Assembly (NCBI RefSeq): GCF_022539665.2
Contig: NC_081331.1
Location: 7,936,001 to 8,000,000, forward strand
Direction of reading: 5' to 3'
From: Daphnia carinata
Lineage: Eukaryota
Length of the DNA stretch: 64,000 bases
In this document: positions 30,367 through 44,440 of the stretch, piece after piece
How positions within the stretch are numbered: position 1 is the stretch's first letter
Layout: the number at the start of each line of letters is the position of its first letter
The notes under the pieces: generated by a model
The model's database searches: none
What the model saw: the letters and a program-made list of their open reading frames with translations, nothing else
What the model was told of the DNA's origin: nothing
Position numbers and translations under genes: made by a program

Positions 30367-33300
30367 TTACAATGGATAAGCGGGGCGAGTGGCATTATCC
30401 ATCTCCGCAGCAAAACTATTACCGTCGCGCAATCGGTGACTCCGTCCTCCTATAACAGCGTTACATTCGTTGCATCTGCTTTCCTCCATAGCTCCTCCAC
30501 ACTCTCCGATGGCATAAATATGGCCGTTGGGACATTTAAACCAATGTCCTTGTGCCAATCCAATCGCCGAAACAATTTCTCTGCGCTCCTTGTCGCTAAT
30601 TCCAAGACCAGTTTTCAGTTTGGCTCCCAATTTTTCCAACGCAGACTCTATCTCAATTTTTCCGCCATCTTCCAGCACTCGAACGTTGTTCATTAGAAGT
30701 TTTTGTATGACTTGGTTTTCGGAGGATGTTACCCCAACGGTTGGAAAGAGTGTAGAGCTTTTCAGAACAAAATAAGCTTGAACATATTCCAATCGCTCCA
30801 ATTCACGTTCGACAGTTCGATGTTCTTCTACGGAAATCCGGGATCTCTCAAACAGAGAAAGTAGCAATTTCTGAATGAGAGCGTGCAATTCATCACGTAA
30901 TTCCGGGGCCATGTATATCGACTGGGTTGTCGTGGGCGCAGGAGTAGACATTAATGGTCTACGGGAGTCGTGCGGGTTATTAACCTTCCCAACCATTTTT
31001 GCCATCATTTCCAGCACTCTCTCGATAACACTCAGATTGACTTCGATTCGAAAACGTATGTCGGACCCAATAGACGGTTTGACTTTCTTTCCGTTGCCTT
31101 TCATCTTTGGTCTTAACTGTGCCCAAATATCCCCAAAACTTTCATGAGCAAACATGACGATCGGACTGTTAAGCGGTTGGCACTTTTTGAAAAGACTTCG
31201 GCAATTCTCCATTAGGGCGGCAGCCCTTTCGAAGAACACCTGGGGGTTGCCTTTCAACAGCAAAATTTTCTTTTTCGCTTTTGATATATCATCGAAGGTG
31301 CTTTTGATGATGTTGCCATAGCGCATACAGATCCGAACGGTGGTCTTACAACGAGGACAACACTTTGGCTGAATTTGACCACCTCCGTCTGTAGCCATCC
31401 AGTGATCCATGCCTTCCACTTCGATACAGTGTTCACACTCCGGTAAGAAAATAAATCTAAGTGCAATACAAGCAATCAATATGAAACCGGCTTGGAACAC
31501 ATTGGTACTGAGATATAATTTACCTTGCATCGTCGTTTTCTTCATTACCAAGTAAAATGAAATCTGTCAGTTGATCTTTATCGCAAACGCGACACAGCCG
31601 TGGACAAATTTCACCGCATAATCCTATGCAGGAATGACCGCACGGCAACTTGTTATTGCATGGTTCATCACATCTAGTGCGATCACACTGCTCCCCACAT
31701 TTCTTTCCACACGTTTGATGCTCACACTTCCATTCGCATGGCTCCTACATTAAGAGTAATGTTGCAAAAACATCCATCATAGAACCGAGAAAAAAAGAAC
31801 ACCATGAATACCTGACAAGCGCTACAAGGTTCGCTACACGTATGTCGACACCTGCTATGCGAGCATGAATATTCACATATCTTTCTACACGGTGGGCAAG
31901 TAAGACTGCAGTTGACGTCACAGATGTGTCCGCAGACAAGAGAACGGCCGCACCTGTAATCATACGCGCGATGAACTCTTCCATTGAAACATTCGCCACA
32001 AGTGCCCTTACAGCGATGCATACAATCAAGCGTGGCATTACACGGTTTCGAGCAGGTTCTCAGATGCGACTGCATTTGGATTTCGGTCGGGATTCCGTCA
32101 ACTAAAAGCAACAAGTCGAATGCTGAATAAGCACGTAGAAGCAACACAACGGAGTTTACCTGCATGAAAGCTTTTGCAATCCAAAGTGACGTGGTGACCG
32201 CATATATTCAATCGCGAGGTTGTTACCGGTTCGTTGCAGTCGGCTTGATTGCACGGTTTGCAACATTTTTTCTTGCATGCATGACCGCAAGGCAACATCA
32301 AATTACACATTTCTTTGCAAAGAAGCCGAGTTGGTACAGTGGAACATTCTAATTGCGCTTCATGTCCGCATTCCGGGATAACCTTTGTCACCATTTTCCT
32401 GTGCGATTTATTTACAAAAGAACATTACTTGAGTTTGAAACCTTAATGCTACATTCAACTTACGGGCAAAATATATCTTCGTCGTTGCGATAACACTCGG
32501 TAAAAATCGAATGCCCACACGGCAAAGTTCGTTTCCATTTCTCGTTGCAAGGGGCACAGTCCTCAAAGCACTTCTTGCCGCACTTGTGATTCATTTTGCA
32601 GCCTTGTTTCGTCTTCCCGCATTGTTTCTTACATTGGTATTCCTGGTGGTCTGGGTCCTTACGAGTGTGGCATCTCAAGGTGCAACTATGACCACATTCG
32701 AGCCGTACGTTGCAAAGAAGAGGACAAACCGCTTGATACGGGTCTTTCCCGCAATGAAGGGCCACTCGATGCCCACACAGAGGTAACAGACATCCTTCTT
32801 TTAAGATACGACATCTAACCGTCATAGGATCCACATAACACTCCACAACCGCCGAATGACCGCATTTAAGCTGCCTTTCCATTCTGACCGAACAGCGTCC
32901 GCACGGTTCAAAGCAGCGCTTTTTGCATGGGTGGCCATCGATACACAATGTTTTTTCACACGGCTTCTTACATTTATAGCCATCAGTCGATTTACTGCAT
33001 TCAATTTCAATTGTGTGTTCACACTCTGTAAGAGTTTTCATGACTCTTACGTTGCAATTGACGTTCCCTAACGGCTCGCTGCATTCCACTTCCGCCTGAA
33101 ATTCGAAAGGAACATATGTGACAAACAAAAAAAAAAAAACAATACCATCCTCAGATGTTTCACCTCGTGGCCGCATGGCAAAGTTTTCGTCATTTTGACG
33201 TGACATTTGCCGCAATCTTCGAAGCACATCTTCGTACATGGGTGATGATCAGAACATTGACGTTGACAAGGCTCTTGACACTTCACGTTTGCATGAGAGC

Positions 33301-36300
33301 TCCTTTTGTGGCAAGAAAGTGGGCAAATATGGTCACAATCGAGAGTCATTCCACAAGGTTCGGGACATACAGCTTCGGAAACAGATGCTCCACACAATAA
33401 ATCAACTCCATGGCCACAAGCTGGTAGAATCTACAAACGTTTCCATTATTGCAGAACAGATGATCTATCAACAATCGATTAATACAACTTACCTTCCAAA
33501 CAGGTGTCTGGCAAAATTCTTTGGCTGGGTCTTTATAGCACAATACGATTTGTTCATGTGTGCAGGGAAGTTTTTTTGTCACTCGCACAACACAAGGATT
33601 GCAATCTGCGAAACATTTCTTTGGGCATGGATGTCCGACAGGGCAAAAACGGGTGCAGTTTTCTTTGCACTTGAACTGGGTGTGTTTCCGATCATTAACA
33701 TGACAAATCCTGGGACAAACATGTCCACATCCCATAGTTACAGCACAATTCTCCATGCATCCACCTTCTGGTGGAAAATCTGCCACTTTACGCGCCTAAA
33801 AAAAAAATATTTAGCAATACAAATTTAGACGGAATCACTGTGTAACTTACTTTTGTTATAACGTCGTGAATGCGGCATTGCAACTCGAAGTCCGGTCCTA
33901 GTTGACCATTTGTTTCAAGCATTTTGCGAATACCATTCCACAATTTGCTCTTCCCTTGCAAATTTTGCATATTGCCAATCATATAGAATCCCTGTTTAGC
34001 CCTTGACAGTGCCACACAAATTCGATTCTCGATGCGAAGAATTCCTATGTTTTCATCCTCATTGCTCCTCACAAGGGAAAGGATGATGATGTCATTCTCT
34101 TCACCTTGGAAGTTATCCACTACAGAAATGCGAACAGACTGAACAGCTGGTTGTTCTCGGCGTATCTTGAAAAAATGAAGAAGTTGGCCGGAATACGTAG
34201 TGAGGATTGTAATTTGCTTGGGCGCGTATCCCTGCATAATGAGATGTCGAGCCAGAGCCAGGGAAAGCTGCGCCTCATACGGATTCAAATGACTTTTGCC
34301 TTCATGATCTCCTATTTCTTGCTCGGAATGTGTCAGGAAAAAAATATTTGACGCCAAGCCTCGTATAGCGGGATAATTCAGAACTGAAGAATGATTTTCC
34401 AACGTCGGGTAAATAGCAGGGACAATTAAACGAGCTATTTCGGGACGCATGCGACGCTGAACGCCCAAAATGCAAGGCTCCATCCCATTCTTGATCAGCC
34501 TTTCGAACAGCGAAACGTCTAGAAAGAAATCTTTGGCTAGACGATGGACCGTGACCGGTGGTCTCAGTTGCTGATGGTCTCCTGTGAATTGTGGAAAAAT
34601 AAGTCCGTGATGAATACACAATGCAACATGACTCAATATACGCGTTTTACCAATGAGAACTAATTGCTGACACGACGATGACAATGCGCAAACTACATGG
34701 GCTTCCAAAACTTTCGCTGCTTCTTCGACAATAACTGGAGAGAAAAATAAGATCATGAAGGGGATTGAATGGATTGGTAAACGAATAAGCCGTTCAACCT
34801 ATTTTTGGTTTGAGATGGTTTAGGAGGGCCCTCTGTTTAGCTGCTCCTGTTGCAGTCAAACCTACAATATCAGCGTTTTGGCAGATCTCAGCCGATTCCA
34901 GAGTTCGAACGTCTTTTAATTGTGTTGCATGTTTCACATAGCTCTCTTCAAGTTTGGTAATTCGCTTTTCTTGAATGTCCAGAGCTTTGACTTTCCAGGA
35001 ACTGTACATCATCCAACGAATGTGCAACGGGATTCGCATTATATCGTTCGTGTACCACTCATCAAGTTGCTTCTCTTTTAGCGTAGGAACCGTCTGGAGC
35101 AACTGGCGCAGAAGCAAAATTCTGTTCTGCAATTCTTGAATATGAAATTCATACCAGGCTACATCTTCTCCTTCCATAGTTTCCAAAGATTCTCTGTACT
35201 CCTTAATCAATGTTTCGTCTTCGCTGGACTTGTAGCTGAACTTCACAAACACTTTTTTAAGGGCTTCATCTTCTGGCTTAGAATGTCTATCGACTGCCTT
35301 CGCTTTTACAGACGCCAAGTGGTCGTCGTCTTCTACTTTACGATCAGCTAGAAGGAGAACAATCGAAAAAAGTTAAGAGATTTTGCATTCGTACTTTACG
35401 AATTATTATAATTGGTTTACTTTGGATTTCTTCAATGAGTGCCTTATCCCACTGATCGTCTGCTGTTTCGTTTTCCTCCGTTGGTGAAACTACAGGCAAA
35501 TTCTTTGTAGCATGATGCTTTTCAGAACTATTTTTACTAAAACAGTTGAAAAGCTGTTGAAGGTCTTCGTTCCTGTAAATTCCGAGCCAACATCCCAAAG
35601 CTGTCCAATCTCTGTTGCCGGATCTCACCATTGAATGCTTTAAAGCCTCGAATGCACTGTGCAGAGATTTTGGAATGATTTTCATGTACAGCAGTGAATC
35701 TTCGTGAATCAGTCCACGTGAATGCATCACCATCATAACACCGCGGAGGACATCTCGTTCCCTGTCAAGCAATACCATTATTAGATCAATATATCTTACA
35801 TATCTCTTTCTTCTAACTGAAGACAAACGAGGTACTTGTCAATCTCGCGTAGTTGGTCATTTATTTCGAAAATCCATTTTCTTGTATCCCCATGTGAATA
35901 TCGCCCTGGCTGTTTCTTCCAGGCCATTAACGAGAAAGGCTCAAGGGCCGCACATTTGCTTTGACTACCAATGCGCACTATCTTGTGAGTAAATTTGGAT
36001 ATGCCCTCTAAAAACTGGTCTAGAGCATGGTTGGTGTAGCAAATAACCAAAATAGGCGATGATAGTGGACATTGTCCGTTATTCCAGTGCTGTTTGTTTT
36101 TCAGTAAAGTTTGGACGATTTTCAGAGCTAAATACGTCTTCCCAGTTCCTGGTGGTCCCTGAATCACAGAAATTTTTTGCGTCAACGCTGCGTACAATGC
36201 AGTACACTGACTAGGATCCAGTCCCAGCTCATTCGCATTAGGACGCAAGCTTGGTTCGAGGATGGGAACTTCTTGCGCACGGAGTTTGCCTGCTTGCTCA

Positions 36301-37524
36301 TCTGAAAATCGTAAAAACAATTAATAAAATGGTAAACGGCATTGTTTTGAAATAGGGAAATGAATTTTTGCGATTTACTAGAGGAACCATCATCAGCATC
36401 ACTAATCTCGGCCACTTGTGAATTGCCTCCTTTACCACCACAGATAACGCGCGCGGTTACCCGTCGTAAGTACGCACGTACGCACACACGACATATGCAC
36501 GCACGACGTACGCATGAACTCACACACCTCAAATCATAGAGAGCCTGTAACGACACCATTAAGTTTAATCGACACCAATATTCAAATTAAACAGACAAAT
36601 ATCTTTTGTTTTATTTTGAAGTTATTCTTACATTCTTTGCATTGAGATAATCAGGGACTACTGGTGAAGTATTTCGGCCGAGTATGTAGTCTTCGAACGG
36701 AAAATTAGTAGGACTGATCCGTTGTAAAGCTGTTAGGGTGCTTCGGTATGATTCGGAGAACACTGTTGATTCCACCATGACAAACTTCTGCTTTTTGAGA
36801 GCTGCCGATAAAGTACCGCCTTCAAATTTGACTTTTATTTTGCCTTCTTCCAAAAGTTTCGGATTCCGGTCCAAAACCGTGAACAAGTGGAATGACTTAA
36901 AATTATCTGAGGACAGACAAAGGAGCGATCCGTAAAGAAACCGTTTGCTGTGCTCCCAGACGATTCTCCTTAATCCGGCGTTAGAGAATTGAATCGTATA
37001 ACATTCTTCGTGCATATGGTATTCCAGAATTTGAACTTCATAGTAAAGACGAATGTTATCCGGATTTCGTATCCGTGAAAATTTCTTATCCGTCTGGCTT
37101 TTGTACGCCAGTAATCCAACGCGTAATGGATTAAAGAAATCCTCGCGTAATAGGCGGAATTGAATGTCCAGATAGGTCGCAATGTCTGGATACTTGCCCT
37201 TGACAATATTCGGACGGAGGAAAGGCTCAAAATCCATGCAGACATCCTCCCAATTGGGCATTACATTCAGCGTCCGGAAATCATTGGGCGGGTCCTGTTG
37301 AATCAATTCTTCCAGATACTTTTCCCTGCGAGTACGGCGTTCTTCTTTGTTCACTACAAGGGGGATGTGTTGACTCCATGCCGTCTACGTAAAACAATCA
37401 CGTTAATCAAAATAATACGATCGAAATATCTTGTCGTTTCACCTGTAACTGTTGAATCCCGTCTTCCAGAACATCAAAGGCATCTGCGACGTTCAAATTT
37501 TTTATTGAAGGCATGGCCTTCAAT
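30367..37524 (-). pseudogene. ZNFX1: ZNFX1 main body (SF1/UPF1-like helicase, NF-X1 zinc-finger array, RZ finger) lacking its N-terminus
   Basis: YLDIQFRLLREDF, IQGPPGTGKT, ICYTNHALDQFLE, EEAAKV, GDHQQLRP, VDNFQGEE, RICVALSRAK, many CGH.C..C repeats, GHWFKCPNGHIYAIGECGGAM. The junctions I checked are in frame except near 37385. Confidence 0.93.
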
Positions 37525-37544
37525 AAAAGTTGAAGGCACACTTA

Positions 37545-37887
37545 GTTCTGCAGAACTAAGTGTTGCTTAACAATGTGCGGACAACAACTTGATAAAGTTA
37601 ATTTTCAGAAAACCCTACGAATATCATACAATAACGACAGGCTTCAATGCACTCCTTTTACCTTCGGATGCACGTAGAAGATGAAAATGTAACGTTCATC
37701 AACAAAGCAATATGAACAAATCAATTAACCCCAGCGACATTGAGGCAGATGAATCTACGAATGAAATTTTGTAAGGTACTGTACAACCGAAAACTACAAT
37801 TGATAGCGTCTTCCTGAAACTGTTTGACACCCGATGCCACCTTTCATAACAATTTTAAAAAATCACACGTCCATGAAACGATCTTAG
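37545..37887. repeat. Direct repeat of the ZNFX1 upstream region 40774-41118
   Basis: GTTCTGCAGAACTAAG...CCATGAAACGATCTTAG in both places. Confidence 0.95.
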
Positions 37888-39875
37888 CCTTCAGCACTAC
37901 CTTGTAAATTGAAAAGGTTAAGAAAGGACTGCAAAAAACCAAACTGGTATAACAAACGCGAGAGAGACGAAATCTAACTGCACACTGTAATAACAGATGA
38001 CGATGCCCCAACGCCATGTTATCCCTAAAGGTTTTACGTTGAAACCTTTCTTTTTTCTACTACGAATTGTTTGAAGAACAAAACAAAGCCAAGCACCTCT
38101 TTATCATGAATTAGTTAGCAATATCCCTTCTACAAATTCCGGCTAATGTTAACGTACGAACAAAAAACTTGTGAGTAAAAGTTTAACTGGCTGAATCGTG
38201 AACACGACATGAAAAAGTTCGAACACGTGCTATGGCAGAATGTTCTAGCTTCGCAGAATCACGATTATTTGCAAATTCAGTAACAATTAATGCCATTTGA
38301 GAATATTACCTTAATGGACTGAAGATTTCGACTTGTGTGATGGATTCAAGTAAACGATCGACACCATATGCTGAAATACATCGATAAGGGTAACTGCTCA
38401 ATTTTCGAACAACTTATCACCTTCGGCCATCGCTTCCAACTAAACGGTTGGACGATATACACTAACCGTCGTCAATGCTGCAACGTTTGAGAAACCCCTG
38501 GGGTTCTCTTTCCATTTGTGATGACCTTGTAAGAAAATAAAAGTCGTTAGCAAAAGAAAATGAAAACGACAAAAAAAAAGAGAAGCAGTTGTCATTTCAG
38601 ATATGGGCTCTGATACAGTGTCTGGGCTAATGAAACACGTCAAATTACCGCTTTGTCCATATTAAATAACTCAGCTCAGATATTCAATATGCACATGGCT
38701 AGAAAATAAGCTAACATCAAGAAACACTGTAAAAAATGTTCACAGTGAAACTAGCATATTTATTTTGTGATCGTTATAATAGTGGTGGGCTTTGCGACGC
38801 CATTTTGTTGCAGGCAAATGGAGTCGTTCCGATTTTGTTACCCAGAACTAAAACGACTGCTGAATAGCCGTGTTAGGTCATGTTACCAGATAAATTGTGC
38901 CGGTCAGATGAATTTGAAGACTCGTTTGTACAATGCTGAAGAAATATAAATTAGTCTGGACGAAAACTAGGACAACAATTATGGTAACTATTTCGTTGTT
39001 AGGAATGTAACCTTCTTATAAATCAGGCGTAAGGTACACTGCCATGCCGATTACTGTTTGGAAAGATAAGGATGTCGTAAAGCTGCACTTCGCAGAACGA
39101 CGGCGGTTGAAATCTTCAATAGTGTCATTACAAATACTGAAATGTATAAATAAACCATTTTCTTTCTCTTTTGCAGATATTGATATTCCAAATGCAAAAT
39201 TCTTAAATTGGATGTAAATGCTATACGAAGATGCTCGTAATAGAAGTATAAAAACGTAGACTACTCTCCATACAACATTATCTTGGTGTACTTTGGCATA
39301 GTTTTCAGAGGTTTGTCTCAAAATTACAAAGCACCATGTGTGCCATAAATTTATTGTCGAAAACAGTCTCGATGAAAACTTTTTCCAAGAACAGCCCCAG
39401 AGAGGTCGTCATAAATTTTGGAACAACAAAGTCTAGAAGCGAACGGTCTGTTGACTTTTGGCCCCACCAATAACACGAGCTGCAGCAGTCAACAAACACG
39501 AGAAGGTCAATATGCCTTTTTTTCCCTTACCGTCTCATCTTGTGTCAGTCTTCCAAGGGTTTCCGTTCCACAAACTTGACTTCATCCACGAGTCTGGACT
39601 TTCATCTTTATCGTTCGCCAGAGTTCGTCAATCGTCTTCGTATTCCAAATCAAGACACATCGAGGATGCAAGACGCCAACTGTTTCCCTGTTAAAATACC
39701 ATCCATCTCGGACCGATTACAACCTCTATTTGAAAATCCTTTACATATCCAAGAACTCATCTTCACAGAAAAATGTCAACCTCTTCGGCAAGCGATTGAT
39801 TTGATGTACACACCTGATCTACCGGTGCAAACTAACGTTATCCAAAATCAGTACAAAACAGTGAGAATAGAAAGG

Positions 39876-40610
39876 TTACTTTCCTCGTATTGGTCTGGAA
39901 AAGGTGTTCAAATTTTTTATTGAAGGCATGGCCTTCAATGAGATGATATCACTAAAGAAATTCTCGCCCAACGCGTGGCAACTCAAGGCGGGCGTCAAGA
40001 CCAACATTTCGGTTGTCAGGTGAAAGATGGCGGTGGTTAGGCGTTTCAAACGTTCCTCTTTCGGTGGCAAATTTTGGGCCCGAGACATGGGAATGTTTAT
40101 GGTCATTGAAATGACGTATGCAAATATTTTTTGAGCCGCTAAAATGTTCACGACGGTAGCGAAACTGTCTCTGAATTGCGAGGCTCCATTTTTCATGCAG
40201 AATCCTCCAAGGGCGACTATAATAACTTCCAAATACTCGACATTGCTCAAATTTTCCTGAAGTTGGAGAGCTAAATCATTTTCGGGGTCGCCGAGACAAC
40301 GTATCACATCCGATGGTTGTGCATTGTCCCTTGCCAACTTCATGATGTATTCAAAATCCAATCTTCGATGACTGCCTTGCCTTTGATGTGGCATTGGGTA
40401 TGGTACATGAAATCCTCGATTTCCATTTTGGCGTTGGTGAACTGCAGGAGATGCCCTTCTCCATGATTCGGTTATGGACGATTCGCTATTTTTGGGGATT
40501 GCACCCAGCGATAAGCGGCCACTGCCCACTTGTTTACGAAGTGTAGTCTCTCCTCGAGGTGCTCGATATGCCATTGCACCACGTCCTCCTCCTCTCGACT
40601 GATTTTCCAT
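39876..40610 (-). pseudogene. ZNFX1: ZNFX1 N-terminal fragment (3'-truncated copy)
   Basis: 244-aa ORF with RGG-rich start and helical region; its LKAMPSIKNLN codons (~39907-39939) are identical to the start of the main body (~37492-37524). Confidence 0.8.
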
Positions 40611-41121
40611 TTTCTAATCTGGATGAAAATGAAATTAACATATCAATAAATATTCCAAGAACTGTTAGTTTAGGGTAAATAGTGTAAAATTTGTATGCAC
40701 AAAGATAAAAAGAACGGCGTACATACTAACAAAATATATCACCTCCGACAACTGACCCTTCTCTTTTAACTACGTTCTGCAGAACTAAGTGTTGCTTAAC
40801 AATGTGCGGACAACAACTTGATAAAGTTAATTTTCAGAAAACCCTACGAATATCATTCAATAACGACAGGCCTCAATGCACTCCTTTTACCTTCGGATGC
40901 ACGTAGAAGATGAAAATGTAAACGTTCATCAACAAAGCAATATGAACAAATCAATTAACCCCAGGGACATAGAGGCAGATGAATCTCCGAATGAAATTTT
41001 GTAAGGTACTGTACAACCGAAAACTACAATTGATAGCGTCTTCCTGAAACTGTTTTGACACCCGATGCCACCTTTCTTAACAATTTAAAAAAATCACACG
41101 TCCATGAAACGATCTTAGTAG

Positions 41122-42303
41122 TAAGCACTTGACTGACATACTAGTATCCTCCAGACCTGCCCCGATGGAGATCATATTGCTGTACTATATGATCCCCATC
41201 TCGCATCAGCTGATAGCTCTTACATCTCTATTCAGTTTTGCATTGGAATGGGGGGCCAATCATTGGGGGGCCAATCATTGGTGGGGCCATCATCATCATA
41301 CCAACGCTTGACGTTTCGAATTGTAATTGCTTACAGACTCTTGGTACTAGTTCCCAACATTGGGAGGGTACCATACCCAGTCATTGTTCAAGTGCCGCTA
41401 CGTTAAAGATGTTCACGCAACTATTATATACCGTGAATGACGACCCCAAACCATGTTGCTAACGCTAGCGGACATTTTCATTATCATTTTTTTCATTGTC
41501 ATTATTTATTTTTTGCATTCATATCCAAACGTATAAGTAGCCCTGCATGCAGCTCATCGCGCCTGCGTCGCGCTCATCGCGTCTGTTGGGCCATAATACT
41601 TTAACAATCACGGTTTCTAAATTTCCGCTTTGGAAAACAATGACCTTATGCCACATTCCCAGGACTTATCAAGTCTAGTTGATAATGGTTGTTCGTAATT
41701 ACAATCCATTCAGTTGTCACCATGAATATTCCACAAAGGATTTTTTGAACGTTAGTTACATTTTGGGTTATGCGTTAAAGATTGAGTCTACATGTTCAGG
41801 TATAATACATATGCATATGCATGCAAGTATATACATAAAATACATATGCAAACGTTGAATAATCAAAGAAGTTTGATGTTTCACGCTAGCGCTGTAGCGT
41901 ACTGGCGCGCTAGTAATGGTTTCCATTCGCACACACATTTATTTCATATTTTAGATTACTCCAAAAGCATAAACTCTACGTAAAGACAAATTCCATTTTC
42001 ATGTTCCTTGAGTAATTTTTAATCAGAATCATCTATAGTTATCTAGATTCAAAGCTATTATTTTTTAATAGGAAAAAATTTTAAGCCCGACAATATAAGC
42101 GCGGGCTTATTTTTTAACCCAACTTTACCGTTTTTTACGTTTTATTAAAACACTATGAGTTCCACGAGAAAACAACCCTCATATTCGTAATGCCCGTTCA
42201 ATTCTGCATCGAAACCACGTATTTAAAGCGAAATCTAAAATTTTGCCAAAATTGCAACAGTGAGAAGGCCTTCTCGCTTTTCCATTTTTCCTCAAATCCT
42301 AGA
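41122..42303. repeat. Partial copy of 3010-4783
   Basis: Direct near-identity; abuts the ZNFX1 upstream repeat. Confidence 0.9.
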
Positions 42304-42456
42304 TTTCATTAAAAATACAGTATTCCGATGCGAAATTGATCGCTGATCATGAAAATGGGGTATGTTTTTATATCAGACTTCTATTTTTTGAATTAACCGT
42401 AAAAAAACAGAAAGTCGGGCTTATTTAGTCTGGCTTAAAATTTTTTTCGGTCAGTG
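42072..42456. mobile_element. CAGTG-terminated DNA transposon end or small non-autonomous element (CACTA-like)
   Basis: GAAAAAATTTTAAGCC (42072) is inverted to GGCTTAAAATTTTTTTC-GGTCAGTG|TA (42456); AAGCCCGAC motif in both orientations; no left CACTG terminus seen. Confidence 0.55.
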
Positions 42457-43264
42457 TATAGACAATTAAATAGCGCCAGACACACAAATCTTATGGACTG
42501 CTCTCCGGGCATCGCTACCTGTGTAAATCGTCCGAACGTCATAAAATCCTTACCGGACCTCGGCAGGCCTATAGAGGAGTATTACTTAGGAAAATTAAGG
42601 TCTACGTGACTGGTCTCAGAACCAAGAACACCTCATGGGTGTTCACATTTCGCCTTTAGTTGCAACACAGATATTTTTTCTAATTTCATTGTGCCAGTAA
42701 GCTATACAGGTGGACCCGCTGCCAGCTACAATGCTGCCCTCAACGGGTAGGATTTTGGAGGGCACGGGCCTGCCTGAGATTAGCCTGCTGCCCAAGTCCT
42801 GACCTGTGCCTTTCGTTTCACTACGTTGAAATAAAGTTTCATCGGGTCCCATCACGCATTTTTTCATTATCACTCTAACCCCTCATTTCATTTTAATGCC
42901 CGCTCTAGCTGCATGTAGACTGTAGAGTGCCGTACAGCCAATTCATCTAAGTTTACCCGTCAACACTAAAGGACGACCCTTGAAGAAAAAGCGAGAGTGC
43001 ACTCGACTGAAGAAGAGCCCAAGCGAAGTATTGCAAATAATTTGAAAAAATTGAAAATGACGAAAGCAAAGCTAGTCGAGTATGCAACAAGAAAAATTGG
43101 CAGCCAGTTTTTTGTGAAGGTAGAGTATTGTGGATTTTTCGTTATTTCTTTATTTAAATTCAGGGGAAACCTTGGCCACACAAAGTTGTTGGTTACTGCA
43201 ACACGCCACTGGTCCGTTGTTCAAGACATTTTTTATGGTACATCTGCGCATCTTTTGAGTACAG

Positions 43265-43620
43265 GTATTGGTAAAGGCGCACTACTTCATAAACCGCGAA
43301 TGCAATGTCAGGTGGTGTAGACACCATGATATCCGTCAAACTACCTACATCTACCTTATATTTCGGCAAATGTATTGATTCGAAGGGATACTTTTTAATT
43401 ACATTTCACCATGTTGAATCTTTGAAGAATGTGTTGAATATAGTGCGACTAATAGAGGAAAAGTCGTTATCGGCGGTTTCAGAGATCTGCAGGCCGAATA
43501 TTTTAGCAGGAAACTGATGTGATTTCAATAGTTAATCTGAGATATGGGAAAACACTGCAAATTGTGTGCTCCTTGTAGCTCCCAATCAGGCCTTCATGAG
43601 CTTAAATCACTATAGCCTAC
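43265..43620 (-). mobile_element. Highly degenerate Ty1/Copia reverse transcriptase remnant
   Basis: KIFGLQI and KYKVDVGSLTDIMVSTPPDIAFAVYEV resemble copia FLG.QI and Y...VGSL.Y....TRPDIAFAV; stops present. Confidence 0.65.
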
Positions 43621-44440
43621 TAGTTAGGCCATAACCTGTAGATATTAAAAACGGAAAATATTGATGACAGTTTAGGAAACAAGTCGGTTTTTTTTTCTTT
43701 CCTTTTTTTCCAATTTCTCCTTATTTGGGTTTGCGTGCATGGGCGCCAAAGGCATTCCCCGTTATGTGTAGCGGTTGACTCTTACCTTGTTTGAATAAAT
43801 CTGCATAGTAATCACCTTGACTGCATTCCATAACAACTTTGATGCGGGTGAATTATAACAAAAATCAAAGTGCAAATACCCAGAATACCAGTGACATCCA
43901 ATTGACATTGAGGTTATTTGGCTGACTGCGATCGTCATTCTCCCGCATTCATTAGTGCATCTCTTTTGTCAAAAGAAATCCAAGGAACTATTTTCAGTCT
44001 CAGCAAAATGGGTGGGATAGAAATTCGTCATAATTGTGAAAAAAAGACAAAAGCCAAACAACCGCAGTCGTAATGACAAACTAACTGGTGTGAACCAGCT
44101 ACCCGTGACTAAGCTTGCACTGTTAAAAATATGTACTTTTTTCGGTAATTTACCTCCTCTAAAATCGGTAATTTTACCTAAAAACGGTGATTTTCAGTTT
44201 TTACGAAAAAAATGGTGAATTTTTACCCGAAAAATACATTGTGGGTTTCACACACCAGAAACCGGGGTTGACGCACCAGATAATGGTGTTAACAAACTAA
44301 AAAACGGAGTTGCCACCCCGAAAGGTGGCGCTGCTTATTGTTTATGTTTTCATGAAACTTGAAACGGTCAGACTTCATAAAAATAGTTCGTCTGTTGTGC
44401 CCTGACTTTTAACTCTAGTGTGTTCCAGATTTGCTGCATC

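Noticed and set aside
37890..39870. Gene in the spacer between the ZNFX1 pieces
   Set aside because: Some exon-like stretches, but stops in the frames I read and no recognisable motif.
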